Positions 45,498 through 59,261 of a stretch of 64,000 nucleotides of DNA are shown one piece after another. This DNA comes from Squalus acanthias. Its lineage: Eukaryota. The position numbers and the translations under genes were made by a program. The DNA lies in NCBI GenBank assembly GCA_030390025.1, contig CM059431.1, forward strand, positions 124,002,001 through 124,066,000, given 5' to 3'. The notes under the pieces are model-generated. The model had not been told where the DNA came from, did no database searches, and was given only the letters and a program-made list of their open reading frames with translations. Position 1 is the first letter of the stretch. Every line of letters starts with the position of its first letter.

Positions 45498-46623
45498 TGC
45501 TGTTTTCCATTTTTACTAGAAACAATACAGAAAAAAATAGTACTTTGAGAGCAAAGTAACGAATAAAGTGCGAGTTAAAATGGAGTAAAGTAAATTGAAA
45601 AACAGATCTTGTTAATTCAGCATGTGATAAAGGCTGTGAAATAATTAATGAAACAATTATCAGGTTAGTAATAAAACATTAATTCAGAAGTGTTGTTTTA
45701 ACACTTTTACAATAAATTAAACAAGCCATGCGTAATGCTCTTCCTCTTTTATGCAATACCTACCCAATGAAGGCTTGTAGAGAGGACGTTTTAAAACTAT
45801 TAACCAGCAAGGTGTATGCAACATGTTCTTTCAATCATCTTAGTCTTTCAATTAAGTTTGAGATTTATATTAAATTGTTACATTGCCATAAAGAGACTGA
45901 TTTACTTTACCTAAACTTCTGAACCTATCCATTACCTGATGCAGTACATGGGAGCTTCTCAGTGTACTTACAATTACAGGTGATTAATTTCATTATAATG
46001 TAATGCAAGAGGCTTAAAATGCTGCCAAAAAGAGTAGTAAGCCTGAGAATTGGAAGGATTTTAGAATTCAGCAAAGGAGGACCAAGAAATTGATAAAGAA
46101 AGAGAAGATAGAATATGAGAGTAAACTAGCAAGAGACATAAAAACAGATTGTAAAAGCTTCTATAGATATGTAAAAAGGAAGAGATTAGTGAAAGTAAAC
46201 ATGGGTCCCTTACAGGCAGACACAGGAGAAATTATAATGGGGAATAAGGAAATGGCAGAGACATTAAACAAATACATGTATCTGTCTTCACAGAAGAAGA
46301 CACAAAAAAGATTCCGGAAATAGTGGGGAACCAAGGGTCTAGTGAGAATGAGTATTAGTAATGAAATAGTACTGGAGAAATTAATGAGACTAAAAGCCAA
46401 CAAATCCCCTGGACTTGATGGCCTACATTCTAGGGTTTTAAAAGAGGTGGCTACAGAGATAGTGGATGCATTGGTTTTGATCTTCCAGAATTCTCTTGAT
46501 TCTAGAACGGTTCCCACAGAAGGTAGCCAATGTAACCCTGCTGTTCAAGAAAGGAGGGAACGAGAAAACAGGGAAGTACAGGCCAGTTATTCTGACATTA
46601 ATAGTTGGGAAAATGCTAGAATC

Positions 46624-48484
46624 TTCTTCTCTTCTTAGGCAGTCCCTCGGAACCGAGGATGACTTGCTTCCACACTAAAAATGAGTTCTCAGGTGACTGA
46701 TGAGTCCAATGCAGGACCTACAGTCTCTGTCACAGGTGGAGCAGACGTTGGTTGAAGGGGCGGGTGGGTGGGGTGCTTGGGTTGACGTCCGCTCCTTCCG
46801 CTGCTTGCGCTTGGCTTCCGCCTGCTCCCGGCGAAGAGACTCAAGGTGTTCGGAGCCTTCCAGGATGCTTCTCCTCCACTTTGTGCGGTCTTGGGCCAGG
46901 GATTCCCAGGTGTCGGTGGGGATGTTGCACTTTTTCAAGGAGGCTTTGAGGGTGTCCTTGAAGCGTTTCCTCAGCCCAACTGGGGCTCTCTTGCCGTGTC
47001 GGAGCTCCGAGTAGAGCGCTTGTTTTGGGAGTCTCGTATCGGGCATGCAGACGATGTGGCCCGTCCATCGGAGCTGATCGAGAGTGGTCAAAGCTTCGAT
47101 GCTGGGGATGTTGGCCTGAGCGAGAACACTGACATTGGTGCACCTATCCTGCCAATGGATTTTCAGGATCTTGCGAAGGCAGCGTTGGTGGTACCTCTCC
47201 AGTGCTTTGAGGTGTCTGCTGTACAAGGTCCATGTCTCTGAAGCATACAGGAGGGCGGGTATCATTACTGCTCTGTAGACCATGAGCTTGGTGCTGGGTT
47301 TGAGGTCCTGGTCTTCAAACACTCTTCCTCAGGCGACCGAAGGCTGCACTGGCACACTGAAGGCGGTGTTGGACTTCGTCATCGACATCTGCCCTTGTTG
47401 ACAGTAGGCTCCCAAGGTATGGAAAGTGGTTCACATTGTCCAAGGCCTTGTCATGGATTTTGATAATCGGGGAGCAGTACTGTGTGGCGGGGGCAGGTTG
47501 GTAGAGGACCTTTTTCTTACGAATGTTTAGTGTAAGGCCCATGCTCTCATACACGTCGATGAAGGTGTTGACCATGGTTTGGAGTTCGACCTCAGAGTGT
47601 GCGCAGACGCAAGCGTCATCTGCATACTGTAATTCGATGACAGAGGATGGGATGACCTTGGATCTGGACTGGAGGCAACCGAGGTTGAACAGTTTCCCGT
47701 TTGTTCTGTAGATTAGCTCCACTCCAGCGGGGAGCTTACTGAGGGTGAGATGGAGCATTGCAGCCAGGAAGATCGAGAAGAGCATTGGTGCGATGACACA
47801 GCCTTGCTTGACCCCGGTCCGTACATGAGTTGGGTCTGTGGTGGATCCGTTGGTCAGGATCACGGCTTGCATGTCATCGTGAAGCAGGCGGAGGATAGTG
47901 ACAAACTTTTGAGAGCAGCCGAAATTGAGGAGGTCACTCCATAATCCCTCACGGTCGATGGTGTCGAAGGTATTTGTGAGGTCAAAGAAGGCCATGTACA
48001 GCGGTTGGTGCTGTTCCCTGCATTTCTCTTGTAGTTGACTCGTGGTGAAGATCATGTCCATTGTGCCCCTTAGTGGGCGGAATCCGCATTGTGACTCTGG
48101 GAGGAGCTCTTCAGCTACTGGGAGAAGGCAATTGAGGAGGATTCTTGCGATGACTTTCCCTGTGGCAGACAGCAGGGATACTCCTCTGTAATTATCGCAA
48201 TCGAACTTGTCACCTTTCCTGAAGATGGTCATGTTTATGGCATCTCTGAGATCCCCTGGCATGCTCTCCTCCTTCCAAATAAGAGAAATGAGTTCATGTA
48301 TTCGCGCCAATAGTGCTTCTCCGCCATGTTTTAGCGCCTCGGCGGGGATTTCATCTGCTCCTGAGGCCTTGTTGTTCTTCAGTTGTCAGATGGCCTTTTC
48401 AACCTCATGCCGGGCTGGGGTTGTGCTGAGGTGGTGGCGGGTAGCATGCTGTGGGATGGAGTTGAGGACACTCGCGCCAAAGAC
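46624..48484 (-). mobile_element. RTE-clade (BovB-like) LINE, 5'-truncated, copy 1
   Basis: NYRGVSLLS, LPESQCGFR, GVKQGCVIAP, LQYADD, LRWTGH and a C-terminal CxxC..SHLRTH; (GAA)n-like tail. Confidence 0.9.
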
Positions 48485-48848
48485 GTCCCTAATATATTAT
48501 TAGGGACATGGTAGCAAGGCACTTAGAAAATCCTAATATGATTGGGCAGAGTCAACACGGATTTATGAAAGGGAAATCATGTTTGATAAATCTATTAGAG
48601 ATTTGTTTAGATAAGAGGGAACCAGTGGACATAGTATATTTGGATTTACAAAAAGCATTTGATAAGGTGCCACACAAGAGGTTATTACACAAAATTAGGG
48701 TTCTTGGGATTGGGGGTAATACATTAGCAAGGATTGAGGGTTGGTTAATGGACAAAAAACAGAGAGTAGGAATAAACGGGTCATTTTCGGGTTGGCAGTC
48801 TGTAACTAGTCGGGTACCGATGGATCAGTGCTTGGGCCTCAGCTATTT

Positions 48849-51208
48849 CTTCTTAGGCAGTCCCTCGGAACCGAGGATGACTTGCTTCCACATTAAAAAT
48901 GAGTTATCAGGTGACTGATGAGTCCAATGTGGGACCTACAGTCTCTGTCACAGGTGGGGCAGATGGCGGGTGGGTGGGGTGCTTGGGTTGATGTGCGCTC
49001 CTTGCGCTCCTTGCGCTTGCTCCTGGCGAAGAGACTCGAGGTGTTCGGCGCCTTCCCGGATGCTTCTCCTCCACTTTGTGCAGTCTTAGGCCAGGGATTC
49101 CCAGGTGTCAGTGGGGATGTTGCACTTTTTCAAGGAGGCTTTGAGGGGATCCTTGAAGCATTTCCTCTGTCCAACTGGGGCTCTCTTGCCGTGTTGGAGC
49201 TCCGAGTAGAGCGTTTGTTTTGGGAGTCTCGTATCGGGCATGCGGACGATGTGACCCATCCATCGGAGCTGATCGAGCGTGGTCAAAGCTTCGATGCTGG
49301 CGATGTTGGCCTGAGCGAGAACACTGACGTTGGTGTGCCTATCCTGTCAATGCATTTGCAGGATCTTGCGTCGGCAGCATTGATGGTACCTCTCCAGTGC
49401 TTTGAGCTGCCTGCTGTACATGGTCCATGTCTCTGAGGCATACAGCAGGGCTGGTTACATTGCTTCTCTGTAGACCATGAGCTTAGTGCCAGGTTTGAGG
49501 TCCTGGTCTTCAAACACTCTCTTCCTCAGGCGACCGAAGGCTGCACTGGCACACTGAAGGCGGTGTTGGACGTCGTTATCGATGTCTGCCCTTGTTGACA
49601 GTAGGCTCCCGAGGTATGGAAACTGGTCCACGTTGTCCAAGGCCTCGTCATGGATTTTGATAATCGGGGGGCAGTACTATGTGGCGGGGGCAGGTTGGTA
49701 GAGGACTTTTGTCTTACGGATGTTTAGTGTAAGGCCCATGCTCTCGTACGCTTCGATGAAGGAGTTCGACCTCCGAGTGAGCGCAGACGCAAGCGTCGTC
49801 TGCATACTGTAATTCAACGACAGAGGATGGGATGACCTTGGATCTGGGCTGGAGGCGACGGAGGTTGAACAGTTTCCCGTTTGCTCTGTAAATTAGCTCC
49901 ACTCCAGCGGGGAGCTTACTGAGGGTGAGATGGAGCATTGCAGCAAGGAAGATTGAGAAGAACGTTGGTGCGATGACACAGCCTTGCTTGTCCCCGGTCC
50001 ATATGTGAATTGGGTCTGTGGTGGTCAGGATCACGGCTTGCATGTCGTCGTGAAGCAGGCGGAAGATGGTGACAAACTTTCGAGGGCAGCCGAATTTGAG
50101 GTGGACACTCCATAATCCCTCATGGTTGACAGTGTCGAAGGCCTTTGTGAGATCAAAGAAGGCCATGTAAAGCAGTTGGTGCTGTTCCCTGCATTTCTCT
50201 TATAATTGACGCGTGGTGAAGATCATGTCCATTGTGCCCCTTAGTGGGCAGAATCCACATTGCGACTCTGGGAGGAGCCCTTCAGCCACTGGGAGAAGGC
50301 AATTGAGGAGGATTCTTGCGATGACTTTCCCTGTGGCAGACAGCAGGGAAACTCTTCTGTAATTACCGCAATCAGACTTGTCACCTTTCTTGAAGATGGT
50401 CACAATTACGGCATCTCTGAGATCCCCTGGCATGCTCTCCTCCTTCCAGATAAGAGAAATGAGTTCATCAATTCACGCCAGTAGTGCTTCTCCGCCATGC
50501 TTTAGTGCCTCGGCAGGGATTCCATCTGCTCCTGAGGCCTTGTTGTTCTTCAGTTGTCGGATGGCCTTTTCAACCTCATGCCGGGCTGGGGTTGTGCTGA
50601 GATGGTGGTGGGTAGCATGCTGTGGGATGGAGTTGAGGACAATCGCGTCGAAGACAGAGTCTCGGTTAAGGAGATTTTCTAAGTGCTCCTTCCAGCGGAC
50701 ACTGACTACCTCTCTGTCCTTGATGAGTACCTCTCCATTCTTGGCCCACAGTGGGGTAGGACCTTGGGTGCTTGGGCCGTAGATGGTCTTGACTGCGCTA
50801 AAGAATCCACGCACGTCGTGGTTGTGGGCTAGCTGCTGGATCTCCTGCGCTTTCTGCACCCGCCATCTGTTCTTTAGGTTTCGAGTTTTTTGTTGGACCT
50901 CGGCCTTCAGGCGTCTGTAGAGCTGCTTTCTTGCTCTTGAGTTGTGTTGCTGTTTCCAGATCAGGAATGCCTTGCGCTTGCGGCTTATTAGCTCCTGGAT
51001 CTCCTGGTCGTTCTCGCCGAACCAGTCTTGGTGTTTCCTGGTCGAGTGACCGAGCGTCTCTTCACAGGTGCTGATTATGGAGGCCTTGAGTGCAGACCAG
51101 GCACTGTGGACACTCTGTGTCTCTGCATCACTGGGAGTCATCAGGTTGTTTGTGAGGCGCAGGCTGAATAGGGCTTTCTTAGTGGGGTCTTTGAGTGCTC
51201 CAGCGTTG
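48849..51208 (-). mobile_element. RTE-clade (BovB-like) LINE, 5'-truncated, copy 2
   Basis: Same motifs and 3' end as copy 1; ATTT on both flanks. Confidence 0.9.
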
Positions 51209-52949
51209 ATTTAAAATCTATATCAATGACATAGATGAGGAGACCAAGTGTAATGTATCCAAGTTTGCTGATGATACAAAGCTAGGTGAGAAAGTAAGTT
51301 GTGAGGAGGACGCAAAGAGGCTGCAAAGAGATATAACCAGGTTAAGTGAGTGGGCAAGAACATGGCAGATGGAATATAAAGTGGAGAAATGTGAAGTTAT
51401 CGACTATGGTAGAAAAAATAGAAAAGCAGAATATTTTTTAAATGGTGAGAGATTGGGAAACGTTGGTCTTCAAAGGGACTTGCATGTCCTTTTACACAAA
51501 TCACTGAAAGGTTAACATGCAGGTACAGCAAGCAATTACGAAAGCAAATGGTACGTTGTCCTTTATTACAAAAGTATTGGAGTAGAAGAGCAAAGAAGTC
51601 TTACTGCAAATATATAGGGCCTTGGTGAGACCACACCTGGAGTACTGTGTTCAGTTTTGGTCTCCTTACCTAAGGAAGGACATACTTGCCTTAGAAGGAG
51701 AGCAATGAAGGTTCACCAGACTGATTCCTGGAATGGGGGTGATTGTCCCATGAGGAGAGATTGAAGAGACTAGGCCCATATTCCCTAGAGTTTAGAAGAA
51801 TTGAGAGGTGATCTCATTGAAACGTATATAATTCTTAAGGGTCTTGACAGGGTAGATGCAGGGAGGATGTTTCCCCTGGCTTGGGAGTCCAGAACTAGGG
51901 GTCACATTCTTAGAATAAGGGGTCAGCCATTTAGGACTGAGATGAGGAGAAATTTCTTCACTCAAAGGGTTGTGAATCTATGGATCCTCAGTCATTGAGT
52001 ATATTCAAGTCAGAGATCGATAGATTTTTGGATATTAAGGGAATATAGGGATATGGGGATAGTGCGGGAAAGTGGAGTTGAGGTAGAAGATCAGCCATGA
52101 TCTTATTGAATGACGGAGAAGGCTCGAAGGGCCGAATGGCCTACTCCTGCTCCTAATTCTTATGTATTTATGCATTGCTCTCTCAATCCTTTCTCCGGCA
52201 TTGTGCGAAAATACTTCTGGGATAATTTGACTGCCTGAAGTTTTTGTCAGCTTCTTACAAGCAGTAAGTATATCCTTATAATAATTACATGGAAATCCTT
52301 TATGAGGCAGTGTATCCATAGTATTCTTGTAATCTGTATATTTTTATGTCATCAGATGTAAATGGTTTTCTTTATACTACTGAGGCAGATAGTAAAATTT
52401 ATGGAGTACAAACCATAAATTCCTGATTGTTCTTTGAAGATAGAATAACACATTAATGGTGACTATGTTGGTTTCTATTACTAAAATGTTGAGCAATCTT
52501 ATCAAAATTTCTTAAGCGAAGAGTTAGATTTAAGAATTTAGGCTGTTTCTAACTCTAAATACAACATATGTACAATTGGTCACAGAGCAATGTTTTATCT
52601 CCATCGCTGAATAGTAAGTTCAATATTTTATTCTATTATTCATCCACATTCAGTTGAATGTTGTGCTTTTCAAGTTTACAGATGTTCTGGGAACAGAATA
52701 TTTTTTCACTATTTGCACCCAGTGTCAAAATCAAACAAAATTACCACTTTGCTATCCCAAACAGGCGCTTTAATCCTAACTTCATGAGAAACCATCAATT
52801 GCATCTGTCATCCTTGTGATCTCTCTGAATGATTCTGCTAGTTCCAAATACTATTTATTGCAGACTTATGAAAAATATTCCCTTCTTAAAGCTTCAAAAT
52901 CATTTATTTACCATATCTCCTATTGAGTAAGACAGATTCTCTATTCTCT

Positions 52950-53182
52950 ATTCTCTCAATTTCTCTCAATCTCTCCTGCTTTCTATCCTATCACTGACCT
53001 TCCCTTTTGTTCTTTCATCCCCTCCACCTTTTCCCAGCCCCTAAACCTGCTTTAAAATCTATTCCATTTCCTGCTTTTTTCCAGATCTGACGAAAGGTCT
53101 TCGACCTGAAACGTTAACTCTGTTTCTCTCTCCACGGATGCTGCCTGGCCTGCTGAGTTTTTCCAGCGTTTTCTGTTGTTAT
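52950..53182 (+). repeat. Penelope terminal relic with a hammerhead motif (53083-53119)
   Basis: CTGACGA-A-AGGTC-TTC-GACCT-GAAACGTT-AACT, followed by sequence nearly identical to 23390-23452. Confidence 0.8.
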
Positions 53183-53470
53183 CTCTATTTTGGTAGCCAG
53201 AAAACAGTCTGTGGACTGATCTCTAGTTGGAAGCAACTTAGTTGGATGGCACATTCAGCAGCGATGCCATTAATCAGGTTCTATTACGCTTGGCATTCTT
53301 CTAATCCTTAATACTGATACTGGTGCAACAACACAAGCGGAAAGTTCAATGCCAATCAGAACTCAAGATCAGACACAACTTTACTTTTTAATAAAACATG
53401 TTTCTCAGGCTATAAACCAACAGACAATTTATTTAACATTAAAACGGTAAACAAACAAGACTCAGCATAA

Positions 53471-55038
53471 AGGGCTGAATTTTCCGGGGTGGTAGTGGGC
53501 AAGTTCGGTGGCGGGTTGGGTGGGAAAGTTGTTATTTTTGACCGCGGGTCGGGAACCCTCTGTCATCTCGCTCCCACGCGCCTTTCCCCCAGGAGCGTCT
53601 GTCATCGCAGAGCCGACCTGACCAGCAGCGGCGGGGGACCCAATTGAGATGATTATCAAGTAGTTTACAGGCACTTAAGAGCCTTTTTTCACTTCCTTTT
53701 TTAATTTCCCTGCATGGCCACAGGGTTCACGCAGCTCGGGAACCATGTCTGTCAACCTGAGGCGGGAGTTCAGTGGCCATTGTTCCAGCTGATTACTTGA
53801 CAGCATGGAAAACAAACCAAAATAAAAACATGTTGATTACATCAGCTAACAGATTGATGGAGATTCTGTTCTACTTGAAAAGCTACTGGCAAGTGTTAAT
53901 TCAGAAATTCCTGAAGGGATGTGCGTGCGGAAGGCTCCCATCCTATCCTGGATGGTGAGGGAAATACATTTTTCACTGGCCATTTGTGGATGTTGCCTTC
54001 CAATTCAACAGTAATTGCAGTGAATTGATCTGCACTATAAAAAATGACATATACCTTTTAAATAAATGTTTGTGTTGTTTCTGGTCAGGTTTTTCTCACA
54101 GTATACTGTAAGGGTTTCTGGACCTGTGTGGCTCTGTGCTCAGCCTGGGTGCTAGTGCGGGGTTAGGCCTTGTTGCCTGTTCTGGTCTCCAGCCAGTCTG
54201 GGAGCACTAGACACCTGTGAGTGGTTCGACCCACTGGTCAGGTTTTTCTCACAGTATACTGTGATTGTCCAGTTACAGATTAAATCAAGTCATCAACTGT
54301 AACAATTTCATTTTCATCACTCATTCCACTGGTTCAATTTGCTTTCAGTCCCTGAATATAACGAATGTAATTTTTCACTCTGAGACTTTAAGGTGAATTT
54401 CTGCAGAGGCTCTCTCACTTGTCCATTGTTAACTTCAATGGAGGAGCTGCAGAAATCCCAAAAACACATAAGCACCACTTACACTGTTTGTCAGGGGTTC
54501 CTCAACTCTTCCGCTGAACTTGCCTAAGATTGTAAATTCACCCTTTTACAATTACATTTAAAATCTGCTTAATTTTATATATTACCTATACACACACATC
54601 TTTTATTTGTACCTGTTACTGATACAAAAGTCTATAGATTTGTGACTACAGCACCAATAACTTCCCAATTAATGTACTTTTTAAATTATGTTCTTGATTG
54701 TATTTGTCGATGGCATCACATTACTTAATGATAATATTATTTAAATCTTTCTTTGTCACTCATATAACTTTTATTATATTATTGCAGAGTAAAGAGTTAG
54801 ATTAAATGTCAAATGTAATGTGGCCAGGGTCCCTTTAAGGATCCCGGCTGAAAACGCGTCATGAATGACGTTACCAGACCCGCTCCATCTCATTGGGCCG
54901 GGTAATGCGCTGGGTGGGTTTAATAGGCACCATTAAGGTAAGTTCATTTTCAGCAGCGGGAAGAAGCCAGCAGCGGGGTTGGGACCCGCCACGGACTCCA
55001 CCCGCACTGGAACCACCAAGGTAAGGAAAATTCCGACC
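53471..55038. mobile_element. Non-autonomous Harbinger-like element
   Basis: Termini GGGCTGAATTTTCC / GGAAAATTCCGACC with GC-rich subterminal arms. Confidence 0.55.
54107..54235 (-). repeat. Orphan LTR 3'-end (U5) fragment related to the provirus LTR
   Basis: The reverse complement aligns to 5822-5975, including CCCAGACTGGCTGGAGACCAGAACAGGCAACAAGGCCTA, and ends in CCCTTACA. Confidence 0.9.
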
Positions 55039-55046
55039 AATCAGTA

Positions 55047-55779
55047 GGATAGAATTTCCGTTCGGTTGCGCTGGTTTACTCAGCGCAATTCACCCGAAAT
55101 TAGCGTGAACCATGCAAGATATCACGGAATTTTAAACGCAAATTATGTTCAGCGCAAATCGGGTTTCCACGATCCTTGGCGCTAGTTTAAAAAACATTGC
55201 ACTAGAAACCAACCCTGCCCACAAAACTGGCCAGGTCCCAGGATGAATTAATCACCATTGTGAGTTTCATCTAATGGCACTCGTTTGCAGGCCATCAAGA
55301 AGGCTCTTTAAAATTAAGCTGGTTCTTTTGGGTGCCAGGACACCAAGAGACATGGTTTGAAAGCTTTTGAATGCAATTTTTTTAAATTTACAAAGCAACT
55401 AATTACTGTACCCCAATCTAACGAGCCAATATTTTGGTATATTTATTTTAATTCATTTTCAGTCATTTAAAAACGGCTTACTCACAGGTGGTGGATTGAC
55501 ACTGTAATTAAAAATGCTTATTTTTTGTGATAAATGCATTTTCAGTTGCATTAATCAAACTGCACCAAGTTACCACTCTTAAATATATCAAGGAATATTT
55601 TTTAAAGCAAAGCTGTTTTTTTTTAATTACATTTTAAAACGCTGCCCGATTGTGCTGGTTCATGGCAGAATTTACTTTCGGCGATACGCAAATGAGTTTG
55701 AGCGGAAACTCGAGAAAAGAAACACTTCTCAGAACGGGCACCAATTTTTGCATTGCACCCAAAGCGGGAACTCTATCCC
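55047..55779. mobile_element. MITE (Harbinger-like)
   Basis: Termini GGATAGAATTTCCG / CGGGAACTCTATCCC. Confidence 0.55.
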
Positions 55780-56580
55780 AGTATATTTACAGCGGGGGTA
55801 ATTTTGATTTTGGCCAATAGTTTTTTAATGGGCATCTGAAGAGCTACTTAGAACATATAGAAGGATACATCAGCTATTGGAATGAGGCATTCTTTTCTCA
55901 ATCCCCTCCCAAATCATACCAAGAGACAAAAAAATACAGAAATAAGAGGCGTATGAACACAGACATGGAATATGTTATGTATGCAGTAAATATGCCTTCA
56001 TACAGCTGAGTAATAATGCAGCATTCGTACATCAAAGTGTGCCACTAGGCTACATTTGATTAGCTGAGCAGCTTGACTCAATAGTCAATCAACTGGCACT
56101 CGACATTGCATCATCTCCAGAGGCAACCTACGGGTAAATATGTGCTGAAATTAAACCACAAATGATGATCCAGGCAAAGGAGACCATGGGCTAATAATTT
56201 ATATGCCCCCGAAAACAGGCGCAGGGATCGCAATGCACAATCAACCCGTGCCCGTTCAAAGTAATGCAGGCAGCACACTAACTTCGTGCTGCCTGCTGAT
56301 TAACATGACTGTAGCATGCAGCCCAGTGCTGAACGTGCTGCTGAGTGGCTGCACACTCAACAAAGGGCCCAAGTTCCTGCGAGGCTAGCACCAATTAAAG
56401 CTAGCCTCCACTTCTTAAAGGCAGTCTGCATCTCTGCAACAGGTCATTCAACTGGCTGGGGAAGAGTGAGAGGAGGGAAAAACAACATTGATGTCACAAC
56501 AGGGGAGAAAGCTTGCGCCAAGGTTCTCCGATGTAACACTGGAGGCCTTGGTGCAGGAGGTGAACATGAGGAGAGAGGTC

Positions 56581-58302
56581 ATAGAAACATAGAAACATAG
56601 AAGATAGGAGCAGGAGTAGGCCATTCGGCCCCTCGAGCCTGTTCTGCCATTTAATGAGATCATGGCTGATCATCCAAATTCAGTACCCTGTCCCTGCTTT
56701 CTCCCCATATCCCTTGATCCCTTTAACCTTAAGAAATATATCTAACTCCTTCTTGAATATATTTAATGAATTGGCCTCAACTGCCTTCTGTGGTAGAGAA
56801 TTCCACAGGTTCACCACTCTCTGGGTGAAGAAATTCTTCCTCATCTCAGTCCTAAATGGCTTACCCCTTATCCTTAGACTGTGACCCCTGGTTCTGGACT
56901 TCCCGGCCATCGGGAACATCCTTCCTGCATCTAGTCTGTCTAGTCCTGTTAGAATTTTATAAGTTTCAATGAGATCCCCTCTCATTCTTCTAAACTCTAG
57001 CGAATATAAGCCTAATCGACCCAATCTCTCCTCATACATCATTCCTGCCATCCCAGGTATCAGTCTGGTGAATCTTCGCTGCACTCTCTCCATGGCAAGA
57101 ACATCCTTCGTCAGATAAGGTGACCAAAACTGCACAAAATACTCAAGGTGTTGTCTCACCAAGGCCCTGTACAACTGCAGCAAGACATCCTTGCTCCTGT
57201 ACTCGAAGCCTCTCACTATGAAGGCCAATATACCATTTGCCTTCTTAACCGCCTGCTGCACCTGCATGCTTACCTTCAGCGACTGGTGCACAAGGACACC
57301 CAGGTCTCGTTACACTTCCCGTTTTCCCAATCTATTGCCATTCAGATAATAATCTGTCTTCCTGTTTTTGCCACCAAAGTGGATAACCTCGCATTTATCC
57401 ACATTATACTGCATTTGCCATGCATCTGCCCAATCACCCAACCTGTCGAAATCATACTGGAGTTTCTCTGCATCCTCCTCACAGCACACACGCCCACCCA
57501 ACTTTGTGTCATCTGCAAACTTGGAGACATTACATCTAGTTCCCTCATCTAGATCATTTATACATATTGTGAATAGCTGGGGTCCTAGCACCGATCCCTG
57601 CGGTACCCCACTAGTCACTGCCTGCCACTTGGAAAAAGACCCGTTTATTCCAACTCTTTGCTTCCTGTCTGCCAACCAGTTCTCTATCCAAGACAGTACC
57701 TTACCCCCAATCCCATGTGCTTTAACTTTGCATGCTAATCTCTTATGCGGGACCATATTGAAAGCCTTCTGAAAGTCCAAATACACCACATCCACTGGTT
57801 CTCCCTTATCTATTTTACCAGTTACATCCTCAAAAAATTCCAGTAGATTAGACAAGCATGATTTACCTTTTGTAAATCCATGTTGACTTTGTCCGATCCA
57901 AGTGCTCTGCTATTACATCTTTTATAATGGACTCTAGCATTTTCCCCACTACCGATGTCAGACTTACCGGTCTATAATTCCCCGTTTTCTCTCTACCACC
58001 TTTTTTAAATAGTGGGGTTACATTAGCTACCCTCCAATCCATGGGAACTGTTCCAGAGTCTATAGAATTTTGGAAGATGACCAGCAATGCATCTACTATT
58101 TCTAGGGCCACTTCCTTAAGTACCCTAGGATGTAGATTATCAGACCCTGGGGATTTATCGGCCTTCAATCCCGTCAATTTCCCTAACACCATTTCCCTAC
58201 AAATACTGATTTCATTCAATTCCTCCCTCTCATTAGACCCTATGTTCCCCGACATCTCTGGGAGGTTATTTGTGTCCTCCTTTGTGAAGACAGAACCAAA
58301 GT
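56581..58302 (-). mobile_element. CR1 LINE, 5'-truncated
   Basis: ORF2 RT motifs, 3' UTR and (TTTCTATG)n tail. Confidence 0.94.
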
Positions 58303-58436
58303 AGCTCTTGTTTCCACAGGGGGTTTGGAGGACCTCCTGGCAAATGTGTAAAATGCAATGGGAGGAGATAGCCATTGTTGCTGAATGGCAGCAATAAAAC
58401 CCCGAGGACCTGTATGCAGTGCAGGAAAAAGATAAT

Positions 58437-59261
58437 GGGGGCGATTTTGCCAGCCCTGGGGAGGCGGATATGGAGTTGGGACTGCCGGGAAATGGCAGAA
58501 TTTGGGGGCGGGTGCCCAACCCTCCTCCATGCCATCTTCCTAGGAGGCGGGTAGTCGTCCCGCGCCGGGTCCCGTCTCCTTGGAGGCGGGAAGGGATTAA
58601 AGACTATTAACTGCCTGTTAACAGGTAGTTAACAGGCAGAAAATAGGATTATCCCCTTTTTGCCCTCACAAGTGCGGGCTTCCCGAAGGCTCCAAAACCC
58701 GCCAGCTCAGCGAGGCGAGTAGGGGGTCTGCGGGGGTCGGGGGGGTGCAAAAGTGTGGTTTGAAGGTAAGTGATGGGTGCAAGTGTGTTGAGGTGAGTAT
58801 CTGAGGTAAGTGCAAAGTGTTCATAAAAGTGTACTTACCTTTGTTTCTTCCTGCAGGCTTCAGTCGGTTTGTATGCAGAGAGTCTCGGACCTCCGTGTTG
58901 CAGATGACAGATGGCCGTTGCATTCTCAGATGCAACAACCGACTCATTTCTGTAAAAGAAAGAGGTTTGATGAGGTCTTGAATTCAAGACCTCATCAAAC
59001 TACAGAGATTGTCAGTGTTTGACAGCTTCACAGAGCTGTCAAACGATGACAATTCATCCGTCAAAAATTTTTGACAGATGAAACGTCATGCGTTGACGTT
59101 CTCTGCAATCGGCTTTCCCTTAATTGGCCTGCTAAGCCCGCTGGGTGGGCTTAAGAAGGTCAATCAAGGGAAAATAGCGTGGGTTGGCCACGAAGGCGGG
59201 ACATCGACCCGCCAAGCAGCAGTCCCGCCTCCAACGCGCCCCCATTAACAAAATTGCCCCC
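58437..59261. mobile_element. MITE (about 825 bp) inserted in Myb-like exon 1
   Basis: Terminal inverted repeats GGGGGCGATTTTG / CAAAATTGCCCCC; the same terminus occurs at 39833-40020. Confidence 0.75.

Larger units (their letters stand above)
46010..52170 (+). mobile_element. CR1 LINE in three pieces (46010-46623, 48495-48848, 51209-52170), split by two RTE insertions
   Basis: ORF2 motifs are colinear across the junctions: GKMLES | II.D...GPQLF | .IYIND. Confidence 0.9.
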
